Below the pieces are notes generated by a model, which was given only the letters and a program-made list of their open reading frames with translations, was not told the origin of the DNA and made no database searches. A program made the position numbers and the translations under genes. A DNA stretch of 64,000 nucleotides from Calditrichota bacterium. Its GTDB lineage: Bacteria > Electryoneota > RPQS01. Numbering within the stretch: position 1 is the stretch's first letter; each line of letters begins with the position of its first letter. This document shows positions 18,799-26,288 of this stretch, one piece after another. The stretch lies in the NCBI GenBank assembly GCA_020637395.1, contig JACJWA010000001.1, positions 979,639 to 1,043,638 of the forward strand. Reading direction: 5' to 3'.

Positions 18799-20703
18799 AT
18801 GAAGCAGCTAGTCATACTCTTGGTTTTGGTGGGATGCGGGAAGGGGTTGGCGCAGACAGAAATCTGTGGTTACACATGGGGAACATGGAACACGACGGGG
18901 TCACCATATTTGATCAGTTGTGATACGGAAGTGCCTGCGGGCCAAGTGCTTCACATAGAGCACGGCGTTGACCTAAGATTCACAGCGAACCATGCTTTGA
19001 TTGTGTACGGAAAGCTAATGATAGAAGGGAACGTTGATGACTCTGTGACAATTGGACCAGTCATACCAGGCACTTGGTCTGGAAGCATTCGCATACTCTC
19101 AACGACTGATACGTCCGTATTTGAGTATTGCTCATTTACAAGAGGGAAGAGCCGTTTACCTGGAGGTTACTATGGGTGGGGCGGAAGCGTCTTTGTCGAG
19201 AATAGCCCCATGGTGTCGTTCGAACACTGTCGATTTACATACTGTTTTGCCGATGATGACGCGGGAGCTGTGGGAATCCGAAACGTTGGCTATTCAATAC
19301 TGAATCACTGTATCTTCGCAAGAAATTCAGCAGGTACTGAAGGAGGCGCGGTGTCAATCTGGTCAGGTGATTCTGCAGAAGTGTCTAATTGTACGTTTTA
19401 CGGCAATGCCGGGACAATTTCTGCGATCAACATTTCTCAGCCAGGTGTCATTAAGAACTGTATTGTTTGGGGCCACCTAACGACTACCGTATTCTGTGAC
19501 AACGTGGAGTATAGTGACATTCAAGGCGGATTTCCTGGGAATGGAAACATTGACGCTGATCCTCAGTTTGTTGACACGCTGTCAGGAAACTTTCATCTCT
19601 CTCTTGGATCTCCATGTATTGATGCTGGTGATCCTGAGTCAGTAAATGATCCAGATGGCACTAGGGCTGATATGGGAGCACTTCCCTTCGCATCACATTA
19701 TCTACAGTTGCTCGCGCCAAACGAGTCAGAAAGCATACCATTCTATTCAAACGATACAGTTCGATGGATCAGTGTGGGATTTGACGGTGGAATTGCGATT
19801 GAGCTCAACCGAGACTTTCCAGACGGTGTGTGGGAGGCAATCGCTGACTCGACGGAGAATGACGGAGAATACGAGTGGTTCGTGACAGATCCGCTTTCGG
19901 ACTCGTGCCGGATTCGGATTTGTGCTCTTCAAGATACGTTTTGCGATATCTCTGACGGCAACTTCTCGATTGTGTCATCACAAGGCTATCTTGCCTTGGC
20001 AAGAAGCAGCCAGCCGACAACACCTGTGTTGACCTGGGATGCCGGACAAACGGAATGCCCGGACGGAACAAGCGAGTGGTTCCGCTTGAAAAACTTCGGC
20101 AGCGAAGCGATTGTTGTGTTTCAGCCTATGGAACCCGAAACCCCGGAGTTTACTGGAAGCACAGCCTGCGGAGCGTTCTTCGCGCTTGCACCGAATCAGA
20201 TGAGCGCGTGTTCGCTGCAGCTCTCATTTTCGCCCATGGCAGACGGCACTTTCAACGACGTATTGCAAATCCAAACTGACGCGGTTAACGGCGTGAACGG
20301 AGTCGTATCAATTGCGCTCGAAGGAGAACAGATTTCCACGCCCGCCGCACCGGATGTCGTGATTTCCACCGTCGGGCCGGATGCGCATTTGAATTGGTCC
20401 GTCGTGGACACCTCCGTCGGCGGTTGTCCGGTCAACAATCTATGGTATGCGGTATTCTATTCTCCGACGTCAGGTGGACCGTTCTACTTTCACGGGTGGA
20501 CGGCAGACACCGCTTACGCCCATTTGGGCGTCGTGAACTTTTCGCCTTCAATGTTCTACAATGTTATTGCGATTGATGCGCCGCAAAGTTTGGCTCGTGA
20601 GGTACGCCAAGAGGAACGAATTGAAGAGGTTATGGCTAGATTCCGGCAGGGAAGCGCCGTAGTTGGTTCGCGATATGCGACGGAAGGTCGTGCCCAACGA
20701 TAG
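18799..20703 (+). CDS. Lipoprotein with right-handed parallel beta-helix repeats, a choice-of-anchor-D/ASH-like domain and an FN3-like C-terminus
   Basis: ATG 18799 gives MKQLVILLVLVG|C (lipobox LVGC). Beta-helix repeats are FEYCSF / FEHCRF / LNHCIF / VSNCTF / IKNCIV. The end motif is NIDADPQFVD...GNFHLSLGSPCIDAGDP...DPDGTRADMGA. Then comes FRLKNFGSEAIVV...LSFSPMADGTFNDVLQI. Confidence 0.75.
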   Translation: MKQLVILLVLVGCGKGLAQTEICGYTWGTWNTTGSPYLISCDTEVPAGQVLHIEHGVDLRFTANHALIVYGKLMIEGNVDDSVTIGPVIPGTWSGSIRILSTTDTSVFEYCSFTRGKSRLPGGYYGWGGSVFVENSPMVSFEHCRFTYCFADDDAGAVGIRNVGYSILNHCIFARNSAGTEGGAVSIWSGDSAEVSNCTFYGNAGTISAINISQPGVIKNCIVWGHLTTTVFCDNVEYSDIQGGFPGNGNIDADPQFVDTLSGNFHLSLGSPCIDAGDPESVNDPDGTRADMGALPFASHYLQLLAPNESESIPFYSNDTVRWISVGFDGGIAIELNRDFPDGVWEAIADSTENDGEYEWFVTDPLSDSCRIRICALQDTFCDISDGNFSIVSSQGYLALARSSQPTTPVLTWDAGQTECPDGTSEWFRLKNFGSEAIVVFQPMEPETPEFTGSTACGAFFALAPNQMSACSLQLSFSPMADGTFNDVLQIQTDAVNGVNGVVSIALEGEQISTPAAPDVVISTVGPDAHLNWSVVDTSVGGCPVNNLWYAVFYSPTSGGPFYFHGWTADTAYAHLGVVNFSPSMFYNVIAIDAPQSLAREVRQEERIEEVMARFRQGSAVVGSRYATEGRAQR

Positions 20704-20724
20704 CTCGAATTGGTGCGACAGCGG

Positions 20725-20770
20725 CATGACGATCAAGCGGCGATTCGAAGGAAACGCCGCTTTCGTATTG
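20725..20770 (+). repeat. 46-nt direct repeat, copy 2
   Basis: 45/46 identical to 18558-18603. It starts 22 nt after the stop of the beta-helix lipoprotein gene. Confidence 0.9.
20735..20769 (+). terminator. Probable terminator hairpin (repeat copy 2, stem with one A-A mismatch)
   Basis: AAGCGGCG...CGCCGCTT outer stem plus TTC/GAA inner pairs, followed by TCGTATT. Confidence 0.5.
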
Positions 20771-20936
20771 CAAATGTCCGAAACGTGGTGATTTAGCTGA
20801 CTCTGTGCGCTCTTCGGCGGAGCGAAGGTTGTTCCCTAATGTGCTGGGAGTGGCAAGTTTGCACACAGAACCTTAGATTCATGAGTGCTAAGACGGGTCA
20901 ATAGGGGTATTCGATAACAACTCAGGAGCACCAAGT

Positions 20937-22385
20937 ATGGCAAAGGTCGTCGTCTTGGGAGCAGGAGTCTCCGGGCACACCGCTTCTTCCTTTTTGAGGA
21001 AGTGGCTGGGTAAGAGCCACTCGGTAACGGTCGTTTCGCCGAAGCCGGTCTATAACTGGATTCCCTCAAACATCTGGGTCGGTGTGGGAAAGATTTCACC
21101 TGAGAAAGTGGTCTTTCCCTTGCAGCCTGTGTATGAACGCAAGAACATTGAGTTCATTCAGGCACGTGCGCACACGATTCACCCGGAAGGAGATGAGTCG
21201 AGCAGTACACCGTTCATCGTTGCGGGAAGAACAGATGGCAGTAATGACTCCGTGCGCGTACCGTATGACTATCTGGTGAATGCCACCGGACCGAAGCTCG
21301 ACTTCGGAAGAACTCCCGGACTGGGACCGGGGCATAACTCGGTGTCGGTGTGCGAGCCCGGCCACGCGGTCGAAGCGGCGGCGAGTCTCAAAGAGTCTAT
21401 TTCAAAAATGCGCGCGGGTGAGCGGCAGAAGTTTGTGGTAGGCACAGGCCACGGGTTGTGCACCTGCGAAGGTGCGGCGTGGGAGTACGTAGTCAATCTT
21501 GAGTTCGAGCTCAGGCGTTCCGGTGTTCGGGATAAAGCGGAAATCCTGTTCCTTACCAATGAATATGAAGTCGGTGACTTCGGAATGGGGGGGATGCACC
21601 TGAAGCGCGGCGGATACGTCATCCACAGCAAGACCTTTACGGAATCCGTCTTTGCAGAACGCGGAATCAAATGGCAGACCCGCTCGCATGTGAAAGCCGT
21701 GGAACCTGGTGTGGTTCACTTTGAAGACCTCAGCGGTGCTCATGGCGAAGTGCCGTTCGATTTTGCGATGCTTCTGCCGCCCTTCAAGGGAGCAGGCTTC
21801 ACCGTTTTCGACAAGTCCGGTGCGGAAATCACAGAAAAACTGATTGCTCCGAACGGATTCATGAAGGTGGATGCCAACTACGAACAGAAGCCGTTCGAGA
21901 AGTGGTTGGCCAGCGATTGGCCTACCACCTATCAATCCACTGCGTATGCCAATGTTTTTGCGGCGGGAATTGCCTTCGCTCCGCCGCACGGCATTTCGCG
22001 GCCGATGGTCAGCCCCAACGGAACTCCCATTGCCCCGGCACCTCCGAGAACAGGTATGCCCTCGGCAAGCATCGGCAAGACGGTCGCCAGGAATATCGTC
22101 GGGATGATCGGAGGTGAGCCGGGACCTCGGTACGGTGCGTCCATGTCGAAGATGGGAGCTGCCTGTGTAGCCTCTGCGGGTGCGAGCTTGTGGAATGGTT
22201 CCGCCGCTGCCATGACGGTGTTTCCAATCGTGCCGGACTTCGACACCTATCCCGACTACGGACGGGACCTTGGTTATACATTTGGCGAAATCGGATTGTC
22301 CGGTCATTGGATCAAGCAGTTGCTTCACCACATGTTCCTTTACAAAGCCAAGCTCCGCCCGGGGTGGAGCCTTATCCCTGAATAG
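20937..22385 (+). CDS. sqr: Sulfide:quinone oxidoreductase-like FAD-dependent oxidoreductase
   Basis: N-terminal FAD fold KVVVLGAGVSGHTAS. Three Cys lie at positions that align by eye with the SQR redox cysteines (SVCEPGHA; GHGLCTCEGAAWEY; GAACVASAG). The C-terminal helices are amphipathic. Confidence 0.65.
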   Translation: MAKVVVLGAGVSGHTASSFLRKWLGKSHSVTVVSPKPVYNWIPSNIWVGVGKISPEKVVFPLQPVYERKNIEFIQARAHTIHPEGDESSSTPFIVAGRTDGSNDSVRVPYDYLVNATGPKLDFGRTPGLGPGHNSVSVCEPGHAVEAAASLKESISKMRAGERQKFVVGTGHGLCTCEGAAWEYVVNLEFELRRSGVRDKAEILFLTNEYEVGDFGMGGMHLKRGGYVIHSKTFTESVFAERGIKWQTRSHVKAVEPGVVHFEDLSGAHGEVPFDFAMLLPPFKGAGFTVFDKSGAEITEKLIAPNGFMKVDANYEQKPFEKWLASDWPTTYQSTAYANVFAAGIAFAPPHGISRPMVSPNGTPIAPAPPRTGMPSASIGKTVARNIVGMIGGEPGPRYGASMSKMGAACVASAGASLWNGSAAAMTVFPIVPDFDTYPDYGRDLGYTFGEIGLSGHWIKQLLHHMFLYKAKLRPGWSLIPE

Positions 22386-22392
22386 GTGAAAC

Positions 22393-22563
22393 ATGGATCA
22401 CAAATCAAGCATCGCAAAAGACCCGGAGTATTTTGTCACAAAGCCAACCGCATTCACGCAGTTCATGCGGACTTTCATCCCGTGGCAACTCCTGCGATTT
22501 ATCGTGTTCAACCTGAAAATGATCCGCATGATTGGTCTGAGTCACGCCAAAAAACTTGACTGA
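22393..22563 (+). CDS. Small hypothetical protein (56 aa), below the ORF-track cutoff
   Basis: The ATG lies 7 nt after the sqr-like stop, with AGGTGA just upstream. It translates to MDHKSSIAKDPEYFVTKPTAFTQFMRTFIPWQLLRFIVFNLKMIRMIGLSHAKKLD. Third-position GC is about 60%, similar to the neighbouring genes. Confidence 0.45.
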   Translation: MDHKSSIAKDPEYFVTKPTAFTQFMRTFIPWQLLRFIVFNLKMIRMIGLSHAKKLD

Positions 22564-22651
22564 CGCGAAAGTCTGGACTCCGCGCAAGGTTCATTGGGAA
22601 CCTATGGGAGTGCTCAATCGTTTCGGGGAGAGCAGGCGGGGAAACTCAGTC

Positions 22652-22680
22652 TTGACAAGTGATTCGGAAATGCGTATATT
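22652..22680 (+). promoter_or_regulatory. Near-consensus sigma70 promoter (TTGACA-17 nt-TATATT)
   Basis: TTGACA at 22652-22657 and TATATT at 22675-22680, with an exact 17-nt spacer. A GAGAGGA Shine-Dalgarno precedes ATG 22715. Confidence 0.65.
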
Positions 22681-22714
22681 CCCGTTCGAAATCAACTCCG
22701 AGAGGAACGCATAA

Positions 22715-22906
22715 ATGGCTAAGAAACAGACCTTTACCGACAAGCTCTCCAAGAAGAAGGGTGCCGGTGCCGCACACTGCCCGGTGTGTGACGATATTTT
22801 TCACCCGGTTCGTGTACGTGAGTTTGCTACGGAGGGCGGCCGCCGTCGTCAGACGACCAAGATGGTGAAGCTGTGCAAGTGCAACGAAAAGGAAATTTAC
22901 GGTTAG
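22715..22906 (+). CDS. Small basic Cys4 (zinc-ribbon-like) protein, 63 aa, function unknown
   Basis: Sequence is MAKKQTFTDKLSKKKGAGAAHCPVCDD...KMVKLCKCNEKEIYG (CxxC...CxC). It has its own strong promoter and Shine-Dalgarno. Confidence 0.6.
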   Translation: MAKKQTFTDKLSKKKGAGAAHCPVCDDIFHPVRVREFATEGGRRRQTTKMVKLCKCNEKEIYG

Positions 22907-22913
22907 GCCGCGG

Positions 22914-23516
22914 CTGAAACTCGTCGTTGCCTCACGTAACGCGGACAAGTTCCGCGAGATTCAGGAGAAGCTGTCGGATTTGCCGATTGAGCTCGTGAGT
23001 CTTGCGGAATTTCCGTCTCTGGCCGCAACCATTGAGGATCAGCCCGACTTGATCGGCAATTCTATCAAGAAGGCCCGGGAAGCTCATGATGGCACGGGAC
23101 TTTGGGCGATGGCGGATGACACTGGACTCGAGGTAGAAGCCCTGGGAGGAGCGCCGGGGGTATATACCGCTCGTTTTGCAGGTGAAAACGCGACGTATGC
23201 CGACAATTGCAGGAAGATGCTGCGGGAAATGAGTGGTGTGCCGTCCGAGAAACGAGTGGCTCACTTCAAGACCGTCATCGCTCTGAAGACTCACGATGGT
23301 TTGCACTGTGTCGAAGGGATTCTGCCAGGGAGGATAGCCTTTGCAGAGCGCGGACAAAAGGGATTCGGTTATGATCCGGTTTTTGAGCTCGCCGACGGTC
23401 GAACTCTGGCGGAACTTGAATTGGCCGAAAAAAACCGCCTGTCCCATCGAGGACAAGCGGTTGAAAAGATGAAGATATTGCTGGAGTGGATGCTGTCAGA
23501 GTCGCAGCGAGACTAA
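22914..23516 (+). CDS. rdgB: dITP/XTP pyrophosphatase (RdgB/Ham1 family), probably with a CTG start
   Basis: Motifs ADDTGLEVEALGGAPGVYTARFAG, FGYDPVF and SHRG are present. The conserved N-terminal strand/motif LKLVVASRNADKFRE is encoded upstream of the first canonical start (TTG 22980). CTG 22914 is the only plausible initiator after the in-frame TGA at 22866. Confidence 0.85.
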   Translation: MKLVVASRNADKFREIQEKLSDLPIELVSLAEFPSLAATIEDQPDLIGNSIKKAREAHDGTGLWAMADDTGLEVEALGGAPGVYTARFAGENATYADNCRKMLREMSGVPSEKRVAHFKTVIALKTHDGLHCVEGILPGRIAFAERGQKGFGYDPVFELADGRTLAELELAEKNRLSHRGQAVEKMKILLEWMLSESQRD

Positions 23517-23539
23517 GGCAAGCCGAGTACTGACCTTTG

Positions 23540-23563
23540 AAATCCGCTCATTGAGCGGATTTT
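23540..23563. terminator. Bidirectional terminator between convergent rdgB and the OMP gene
   Basis: A 9-bp stem AAATCCGCT/AGCGGATTT with loop CATTG, flanked by A-rich sequence on the 5' side and T-rich on the 3' side. It lies 5 nt from the stop of the - strand gene. Confidence 0.7.
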
Positions 23564-23567
23564 GAGT

Positions 23568-25067
23568 TTAGAATGAGACCATTGTTTCGATACGAACCGT
23601 GCGGTAGGTTTCGCCGTTCGCATAGGTGACACGGTGATCATACACCAGATTGACGTTGGGCGCGAGCGCAACAAAGAACTTGCCACCGTAAATCGTGCCG
23701 TCAGAGAGTTTCTCGAAAAATTCCGGCTTGTTGGGTTGATAGAAATAGCCCGCAATCTTGCGCAAACGACTCAGATTTTGCGGCGGAGTGGCGGCAGCCT
23801 CACCATAGAACGTTTTGCCGCTTGGATAGTTGGGGCCGTGCATGTCCAAGGCCCACGCGTAAACATAGCCGATATCCGTCAGCGAAAGAGTCAAATCTCC
23901 GTAGATACCTTCCGCTTTTCCGAGTCCATTTAACCCGGATTCTTTTGTTTGGTACGTGCTGTCGCCAACAACTTGCGCGCGCTCGAGTTCATAGGAATAA
24001 TCGAAGTAATCTCCAATGAACTCCTTCTCATAGCGACGATATTCAAGTCCAATCTCGACGGGTCCAATGACTGACCGTGCGCCGGGAAACGCCCAGCCCC
24101 AGCCGTAGTCATGTGCCTGGGCAGCCTGCGCGTAGCCCCAGAGCGAGAAGTTCTTTGCTTTGGCAACGGGAATTCCAGCGTCAATTCCAGTCAAGACCAC
24201 TTCATCCGTTCGATCGCGGTAGTCACCCAGTCGCTTGATTCGATAAATGTCCGGCAGGTTACCCCATTCGATGAGTTGCGCGATTTCTTCTGGTGTCAAC
24301 AAGTTCTCGATGTCCTGAACACGCTGACGGTCGTCAATATCTCCGAATAGATCAAGCCGATTGGGCACTCCATCGTTGTCGGAGTCCTGCAGTCCTGCAT
24401 ATTGATTGCCGTCCATCCCGATTGTGGCTCCAAAGACCGGGCTGAACTTGATCGGGGGACGAATCGCCAAACGACCAGCCACAACTCCAGGCTGATCGAA
24501 TTCGCGGAAGTTGTTGGTCATGCCCTGGAACGACAGCAGCCCCCCTTTGCCATATTCGCCTTCAACATATGCGCCCACTCGCTTGATCTCGGGGTACTGT
24601 ATCGTATTCGCGTAACGATGCATGATAATGCCATACCCTATTGTGACATTATCCAGTGCGCCAACTCGAAGATACAACGGATCTCCCGGAGCGCCGTACC
24701 GAATGTAGTAGATCTTTTCGATCGCATCTTCGGGCTCGTCCCACTCGTCTTCCTTGAGGTTTCCCTCTTCGTCCACTCGCAGAGTTAGATCCAAGCCAAC
24801 ACCCCATTTCCCAAGGGGGACGTCCGGGCGAAGGCCGAATTGCTGGTAGAGCTTACCGTTGATAATGACCATTCCGATTGTACCGTTCCAGCGAATCCGA
24901 CGTCCACCCGCATCGCTGGTGCGAAAAGGGGGGTCGAACGCAGGGTCCAGGGATTCCTGCGCAGGAGATTGCTGGCAGAGCAGCAGGGCAATGCCTAAGG
25001 TCAAGAGGACTCGGGTTACAGGGGCCATAATACTTGTTAAGTTACGTAAATTGGCGAGGCTTGTCAA
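23568..25067 (-). CDS. Predicted outer-membrane beta-barrel protein with a thrombospondin-type-3-like Ca-binding motif
   Basis: Signal peptide ...VLLTLGIALLLCQQSPAQE. The sequence has an alternating beta-strand character. Motif DSDNDGVPNRLD is present. The C-terminus is ...RIETMVSF (terminal Phe). ATG 25028 is an alternative start. Confidence 0.6.
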   Translation of the reverse strand: MTSLANLRNLTSIMAPVTRVLLTLGIALLLCQQSPAQESLDPAFDPPFRTSDAGGRRIRWNGTIGMVIINGKLYQQFGLRPDVPLGKWGVGLDLTLRVDEEGNLKEDEWDEPEDAIEKIYYIRYGAPGDPLYLRVGALDNVTIGYGIIMHRYANTIQYPEIKRVGAYVEGEYGKGGLLSFQGMTNNFREFDQPGVVAGRLAIRPPIKFSPVFGATIGMDGNQYAGLQDSDNDGVPNRLDLFGDIDDRQRVQDIENLLTPEEIAQLIEWGNLPDIYRIKRLGDYRDRTDEVVLTGIDAGIPVAKAKNFSLWGYAQAAQAHDYGWGWAFPGARSVIGPVEIGLEYRRYEKEFIGDYFDYSYELERAQVVGDSTYQTKESGLNGLGKAEGIYGDLTLSLTDIGYVYAWALDMHGPNYPSGKTFYGEAAATPPQNLSRLRKIAGYFYQPNKPEFFEKLSDGTIYGGKFFVALAPNVNLVYDHRVTYANGETYRTVRIETMVSF

Positions 25068-25087
25068 GCCCTAAGCTCTGTGAAAAC

Positions 25088-25116
25088 TTGCTATTTCGGG
25101 GCAAGAGGGTTATATT
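25088..25116 (+). promoter_or_regulatory. Candidate promoter TTGCTA-17 nt-TATATT abutting the iscS start
   Basis: The -10 element ends 8 nt before ATG 25125, and no Shine-Dalgarno is visible in between. This implies a leaderless or nearly leaderless mRNA. Confidence 0.4.
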
Positions 25117-25124
25117 AATAAGTT

Positions 25125-26288
25125 ATGGGAAAAGTGACGTATTTGGATAATGCAGCAACGACGCGGCCTGATCCAGCGGTGATCGAGGCCATGCGATCCG
25201 CCTTGGGGGAATCCTGGGGCAATCCGTCGAGTGTCCACGAAAGCGGCAAGGCCGCGAAAAGAGTCATCGAGAACGCGCGAACTTCGATTGCGCAGGTGGC
25301 GGGGTGCTACTCTGACGAAGTCTTTTTCACGTCCGGCGGAACTGAAGCGGACAATTGGGCGGTCGAAGGCGCGTTGTCTGCTTCCGCCAAAGCGCAGAAA
25401 CATCTGGTCGTTTCGGCCATTGAACATCACGCGGTGTTGGATGCCGCAAAGGCCGCAACTGAGCATGGAGTCGAACTGACCATCGTGCCTGTGTCCAAAG
25501 ATGGATACGTGAATCCGGAAGAAGTTCGCAACGCCATTCGTCCCGAGACCGTATTGGTCTCTGTCATGCACGTGAACAATGAGCTTGGAACAATTCAGCC
25601 TGTTGAAGAGATTGCGCATGTCTGTCGAGAACGTGACGTACTGTTCCACAGCGACTTCGTTCAGAGTTTTGGTAAGATTTCGTCGAGCTTCGTGAACTCG
25701 AACATAGACATTATATCCATGTCCGCGCACAAAATCCACGGTCCCAAAGGAATTGGCGCATTGATTGTTCGACGAGGGACTCGTGTTGCGCGGCGTCAAC
25801 ACGGTGGAAGTCAGGAACGCGGCAAGCGAACCGGCACAGAGAATGTTCCCGGAATCGCCGGATTTGGAGCGGCGGCGGATCTGTGCGCGAAACGAATGCA
25901 AGAGGATTCATTGCGCATCAGGGAACTACGCGACACTTGCGAACGCGAGTTGCTGCGGAGTATTCCCGACCTGATCGTCAACGGGCGAAACGGAGCGCGC
26001 GCGGACGGAATCCTTAGTGTCATGGTTCCGCGCTGCGACGGAGAAGAGCTTCTGGTCGCGCTCGATATGCGCGGGATCTGCGTCTCAACTGGCGCGGCCT
26101 GCAGCGCAGGCGCAACAGGAGCGTCTCACGTGATGACAGCTCTGGGACTGGAAAGCGAAGCAGCACGCTCAAGTCTCCGAATCAGTTTTGGCAGATTCAG
26201 CTCAAGCGACGACGTATCGCACATTGTCTCGGTCTTGCCCAAGATTGTCGAGACACAAAGAAGTACTTCTCCGGCGGCGACATGCTGA
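25125..26288 (+). CDS. iscS: Cysteine desulfurase (NifS/IscS class V aminotransferase)
   Basis: Motifs YLDNAATT, PLP-lysine SAHKIHGPKGIGAL, and active-site loop STGAACSAG. Confidence 0.9.
   Translation: MGKVTYLDNAATTRPDPAVIEAMRSALGESWGNPSSVHESGKAAKRVIENARTSIAQVAGCYSDEVFFTSGGTEADNWAVEGALSASAKAQKHLVVSAIEHHAVLDAAKAATEHGVELTIVPVSKDGYVNPEEVRNAIRPETVLVSVMHVNNELGTIQPVEEIAHVCRERDVLFHSDFVQSFGKISSSFVNSNIDIISMSAHKIHGPKGIGALIVRRGTRVARRQHGGSQERGKRTGTENVPGIAGFGAAADLCAKRMQEDSLRIRELRDTCERELLRSIPDLIVNGRNGARADGILSVMVPRCDGEELLVALDMRGICVSTGAACSAGATGASHVMTALGLESEAARSSLRISFGRFSSSDDVSHIVSVLPKIVETQRSTSPAATC

Noticed and set aside
18558-20770. The idea that the repeats are integron attC sites flanking a gene cassette.
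   Set aside because: There are no GTTRRRY/RYYYAAC core sites at the repeat ends, no intI integrase or attI in the window, and the repeats are direct copies of one hairpin rather than the imperfect attC architecture.
20851-20863. A sigma-54-like TGGCAAGTTTGCA upstream of the sqr-like gene.
   Set aside because: The spacing between the GG and GC dinucleotides is 7 nt instead of the required 10 nt, so it does not fit the -24/-12 geometry.
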